In this document: in pieces, positions 37,050 through 40,207 of the stretch | Layout of the letters: each line of letters opens with the position of its first letter | Position numbering within the stretch: the stretch's first letter is position 1 | Origin: Dehalococcoidia bacterium | GTDB taxonomy: Bacteria; Chloroflexota; Dehalococcoidia; Lucifugimonadales; Lucifugimonadaceae | Direction of reading: 5' to 3' | Length of the DNA: 40,207 nucleotides | Assembly (NCBI GenBank): GCA_047516345.1 | Contig: JAKZUY010000165.1 | Coordinates: 1-40,207 of the forward strand | Translations under genes and position numbers: made by a program | Notes under the pieces: model-generated | Database searches by the model: none | What the model saw: only the letters and a program-made list of their open reading frames with translations | Told to the model about the DNA's origin: nothing

Positions 37050-37709
37050 TCATGTCGAACTCGCTTCCTGTTGCCGTGCGGCCTGTCCCCTGAACACCTC
37101 CCTGACCAGTTCCTGCACCTCGTCCGCCATTTCCGGACGCCTGTTTATCGCGTCCACAACGCTGTCGCGCGCTTCGACGGGCCGATAACCGAGGCTGACC
37201 AGCAGGTCTATCGCCTCAACTCGCGGGTCGGTGACCACGGCCGCGGCCCGCGAATCCGGAATCCCATCGTCTCGCAACATTGCGGTCGCCGTAACTTTTC
37301 CGCGCAACGTAGCGATCATTTTCTGGGCGGCCCGCGCGCCGACGCCGGGAAGCTGCGTCAGGACTGAGGTGTCCTCTGATTCGATTGCGCGGGCGATCAC
37401 CGACACGGGAAAGACGAGCGCGGCGGCGGCCCTAACCGGTCCGATCCCCTCGACCTGCACCAGCTGTTCGAAAAACTCGCGTTCGACGGGGCGTCTGAAC
37501 CCGACAAGCAACGGCTTTGGCTGCCGGTCGGTGACGTGATAGTAGATTTCCAACTCGACCTGGTCGCCCACTTCCAGCCCTTCATTTGTGAGCGACTGCT
37601 GGACGAAAACAGGCAGGGTGACCTCATACCCGACGCCCCCACAGACCACGACGGCGCGGGCCGGATCGCGATTCAGGGTCCTAATGAGTCCATTGAGATA
37701 CGTGATCAT
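37050..37709 (-). CDS. ruvA: Holliday junction DNA-binding protein RuvA
   Basis: The OB domain is MITYLNGLI....VVVCGGVGYEV.LP. The HhH motifs are LVQVEGIGPVRAAAAL and LTQLPGVGARAAQKMI. The C-terminal domain III is LVSLGYRPVEA. The start is the ATG at 37709. The track ORF extends to 37874. Confidence 0.92.
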   Translation of the reverse strand: MITYLNGLIRTLNRDPARAVVVCGGVGYEVTLPVFVQQSLTNEGLEVGDQVELEIYYHVTDRQPKPLLVGFRRPVEREFFEQLVQVEGIGPVRAAAALVFPVSVIARAIESEDTSVLTQLPGVGARAAQKMIATLRGKVTATAMLRDDGIPDSRAAAVVTDPRVEAIDLLVSLGYRPVEARDSVVDAINRRPEMADEVQELVREVFRGQAARQQEASST

Positions 37710-37768
37710 GGTTTCGTACGTCCGCAGTTTTTTTCGCCGACTTGATGCCTCGACCCTGCCGAGCCGGC

Positions 37769-38323
37769 TCAGGCTTTTTTGGCCGCTGCTATTTTCCGCC
37801 GGCCGCGTACTGTGCCGCTTCCCGCCGCCGATATTGCGGTTACTGCCTTGCTGCCAGCCATAATTGCGTGGCAAATCGCTATCGCAAAGGCGTCGGCCAC
37901 GTGTTCATTGCGGGCCGCGTCCGGCTCTTCGAGGTGGGCGGCTACTGCCCGCTTAATCTGGTCTTTGCCGGCGCGGCCGGAACCGGTCACGACGTTCTTT
38001 GCCATCGTCGGCTGATAGTGAAACACCGGAATACCGGCCTCCGCCGCGGCCATGCACACAACGCCGCGGGCGTGGCCCATCACTATGGCGGTCTTGAGAT
38101 TGACGTAGCGAGAGTGTAGGTCCTCTACCGCCATCGCATCGGGTTTGTTGGCCTCGATCACGTCCCGAATATCCTGGTAGATCGTGAGCAGGCGCTCCTC
38201 AAGCGGAGAGGCGGTGACGGTGGTAACCACTCCGCCCTCGACGGCCGAGTAGGCCCCGCGTAAGGTGTCGATCACGCCGTATCCGGTGTTACGCAATCCG
38301 GGATCGATGCCGAGCACGCGCAC
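37769..38323 (-). CDS. ruvC: Crossover junction endodeoxyribonuclease RuvC
   Basis: Catalytic acidic residues sit in MRVLGIDPGLRNTGYGVID (Asp), AVEDL (Glu) and HVADAFAIAICH (Asp). A basic tail of about 25 aa follows. Confidence 0.92.
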   Translation of the reverse strand: MRVLGIDPGLRNTGYGVIDTLRGAYSAVEGGVVTTVTASPLEERLLTIYQDIRDVIEANKPDAMAVEDLHSRYVNLKTAIVMGHARGVVCMAAAEAGIPVFHYQPTMAKNVVTGSGRAGKDQIKRAVAAHLEEPDAARNEHVADAFAIAICHAIMAGSKAVTAISAAGSGTVRGRRKIAAAKKA

Positions 38324-38463
38324 GTTGCCACTCCCGCGCCGTCGCCATTGGGTCTATTCGCCCGAAGCGGCGCTATGTGGTGATTCTACGGAGTTCCCAT
38401 CATGGGCGCGTCCCATACGTCATGGTCTGAAGGGCCGATCGCCCTCAGCCCTTCGATGCGAGA

Positions 38464-38958
38464 ATGCTCTACGATGTTGATGAGACTCGAAACTTACGGA
38501 GGTCGTATTTGCAAATCCGTCAACTCATGCAGTCGGATTCAGAAATGGTCCGCGAACTGGACATGCGCATCCTGGGCGCCGACCGGTCGCAAACGTGGGC
38601 AACATACCTTGAGAGATTCCTTGCGGTGAGCGATCTGGACGTGCTTCCGCACCCGCCGTGGGGCTGTTATGTGGCGGAACAAGATGGCGAAATAGTCGGC
38701 TTTCTGATCGCAGAAAAGCAGTCGTCCGGCTACGGGTTGCCGCCCGGGGCCCGCATCGTCGCCTTGACGGTGAGCCCAGAGATGCGACGCCGCGGTGTGG
38801 GCCGAAAACTTATCAACGTTCTGTCAGAGTTCTGCCAGTCTCAGGGCATCGAGCGGATCTATTCGATCCTGAGGGCCGAGGACGCCCGCGACGCCGCGTT
38901 CCTAATTTCATGCGACTTTGACACGTCCTCCGTAAGGGTGTTTTCCAGAAAGACCTGA
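38464..38958 (+). CDS. GNAT family N-acetyltransferase
   Basis: Motif A is ALTVSPEMRRRGVGRKLI, with GEIVGFLIAE in the preceding strand. The start is uncertain; an alternative is the internal Met at MQSDSEMV. Confidence 0.7.
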   Translation: MLYDVDETRNLRRSYLQIRQLMQSDSEMVRELDMRILGADRSQTWATYLERFLAVSDLDVLPHPPWGCYVAEQDGEIVGFLIAEKQSSGYGLPPGARIVALTVSPEMRRRGVGRKLINVLSEFCQSQGIERIYSILRAEDARDAAFLISCDFDTSSVRVFSRKT

Positions 38959-39116
38959 ATCGGCTGCAAGCGGAATGGAGACCGGCGACCGTCGCCGGCC
39001 GGCCGTTTGAACGTCGAAGCGTTCGGGGCCGATAGCCGCGGGAAGGTCATTATCTGGCCCGTTGGAGGTATCGTAATGCGAGTTCGGTCAGTCATTTTCA
39101 CAGTGCGGCAAAGTCA

Positions 39117-40207
39117 ATGAAACCTCTTTACTCAGAACAGCAAAACCTCCTTCTCGGCGTGGTCTCGGAGTTTGCCAGGGCCGAGTTGGCGCCGCACGCG
39201 TCAAATGTCGACGAATCGGAAGAATTCCCCTTCAGCCAGTTCGCAGGGTTGGCCGGCCTCGGCGTTACCGGACTGACGCTAGACGAAGCGTATGGCGGAG
39301 CGGGTGGCGGCTACAGGGACATGATGGTTGTGGCTGAAGAAGTCGCCGCGGCGTGCGGATCGACGAGCACGGTTTTCATCACCCATGTATCCCTTGGCGC
39401 CCAGCCGATCAATCAGATGGGCAATGACGCCCAGAAGCGGCGTTGGATCCCCGACTTGGCCTCAGGGAAACGGGTGGCTGCGTTCGCCCTCACCGAACCG
39501 CAATCCGGCAGCGACGCCCTTGGACTTGTAACGACTGCCATCCCCGACGGAGACGACTTCATCTTGAATGGCAGCAAGGTGTTTTGTACCAACGGCGCCG
39601 TTGCCGACGTCTTTGTTGTCTTTGCGAATCAGGACCGTTCGGCCGGATACCGCGGGATCAACGCCATAGTGGTGGAGAAGGGCGCGCCGGGGTTTACTGC
39701 CAATCCACAGCATGGAAACATGGGGATGCGAGGGTCAGGCACAGCCGAGCTTGTCTTCGAGAACTGCCGGGTTCCGAGGGCCAATTTGCTCGGCGACGAG
39801 GGTTCAGGCTATCGGACCGCGCTTGCGATCCTCAATTCGAGCCGCATCATGATTGCGGCCCAGTGCGTCGGACTCGGACGAAGCGCGCTGGAAGCGGCGA
39901 TCGAATATGCACAGCACAGGGAGTCGTTTGGCCGGCCGATCGCGTCCCGTCAGGCCATACAGTTCATGCTTGCCGACATGGCGACCGAACTGGACGCGGC
40001 GCGGCTGCTCACTTTTCGTGCTGCCAGCCTTTACGACGCCGGGATGCCGCACGGCGCAGAGGCATCAATGGCCAAGCTGTTCGCATCAGAGGCCGCAGGG
40101 CGCATCGCATCCAAGGCGTTGCAGATTCACGGCGGCGCCGGATACTTCCGGCCGAGCGCAGTCGAACGGATCTACCGTGATCAGCGGGTTACGGAAATCT
40201 ACGAGGG
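39117..40207 (+). CDS. Acyl-CoA dehydrogenase (3' end beyond the window; absent from the ORF track because no stop is reached)
   Basis: My translation reads MKPLYSEQQNLLLGVVSEFARAELAPHA...FALTEPQSGSDA...FILNGSKVFCTNG...MGMRGSGTAELVFENCRVP...GRPIASRQAIQFMLADMATEL...QIHGGAGYF....ERIYRDQRVTEIYEG. It contains the canonical ACAD signatures, including the C-terminal catalytic YEG. Confidence 0.9.
   Translation, partial: MKPLYSEQQNLLLGVVSEFARAELAPHASNVDESEEFPFSQFAGLAGLGVTGLTLDEAYGGAGGGYRDMMVVAEEVAAACGSTSTVFITHVSLGAQPINQMGNDAQKRRWIPDLASGKRVAAFALTEPQSGSDALGLVTTAIPDGDDFILNGSKVFCTNGAVADVFVVFANQDRSAGYRGINAIVVEKGAPGFTANPQHGNMGMRGSGTAELVFENCRVPRANLLGDEGSGYRTALAILNSSRIMIAAQCVGLGRSALEAAIEYAQHRESFGRPIASRQAIQFMLADMATELDAARLLTFRAASLYDAGMPHGAEASMAKLFASEAAGRIASKALQIHGGAGYFRPSAVERIYRDQRVTEIYE

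Noticed and set aside
36823-37053. A 76-aa minus-strand ORF whose ATG overlaps the ruvA stop codon (ATGA), suggesting a coupled gene between ruvA and ruvB.
   Set aside because: Its C-terminal half is simply a translation of the palindromic repeat units (..HPRPRSGNPRAVWFPVFG..). The rest is Arg/Ser/Leu-rich with no motif. It is probably fortuitous, but ribosome profiling could revisit this.

Overview
High-GC (about 60%) bacterial chromosomal window, densely coding and mostly housekeeping. I found no rRNA, tRNA, CRISPR array, transposase or phage genes.

Gene order, left to right:
- topA (5' end off-window), xerC/D, an amidohydrolase, aroQ, pepP, efp, xseA, xseB and a PurN-like formyltransferase.
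- On the minus strand: clpX, clpP, tig, aspS and an Lrp-family regulator.
- An IscA-like protein, a 7Fe-type ferredoxin, a higB-higA toxin-antitoxin pair and a small membrane protein.
- A ferredoxin-type sulfite/nitrite reductase, a DapA-family lyase and a CocE/NonD hydrolase.
- Two tandem zinc-ribbon membrane paralogues.
- A peptide-type ABC importer (binding protein plus two permeases, no ATPase genes) and a RimI-like GNAT.
- A heterodimeric ABC exporter pair and an AceE-like E1 enzyme.
- ruvB, a repeat-filled gap, ruvA and ruvC.
- A second GNAT and an acyl-CoA dehydrogenase that runs off the 3' end. That gene is missing from the ORF track because it has no stop codon in the window.

Synteny blocks (topA-xerC, aroQ-pepP-efp-xseAB, tig-clpP-clpX) resemble Terrabacteria such as Chloroflexota or Firmicutes-like lineages. 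This is a low-confidence inference.

I did not find a convincing new multi-gene system. The best leads are:
1. A decayed segmental duplication between the CocE gene and the zinc-ribbon paralogues, which records repeated local amplification of that gene family.
2. A 620-bp mosaic of nested direct and inverted short repeats that splits ruvA from ruvB.
3. A higBA module with a 22-bp palindrome abutting the toxin start codon.
4. Non-canonical residues in otherwise conserved proteins: the EF-P modification loop and the cysteine pattern of the A-type Fe-S carrier.
5. A Shine-Dalgarno-led 14-codon upstream ORF overlapping the acyl-CoA dehydrogenase start codon.

All functional calls rest on motifs read by eye from the translations. 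No database search was possible.
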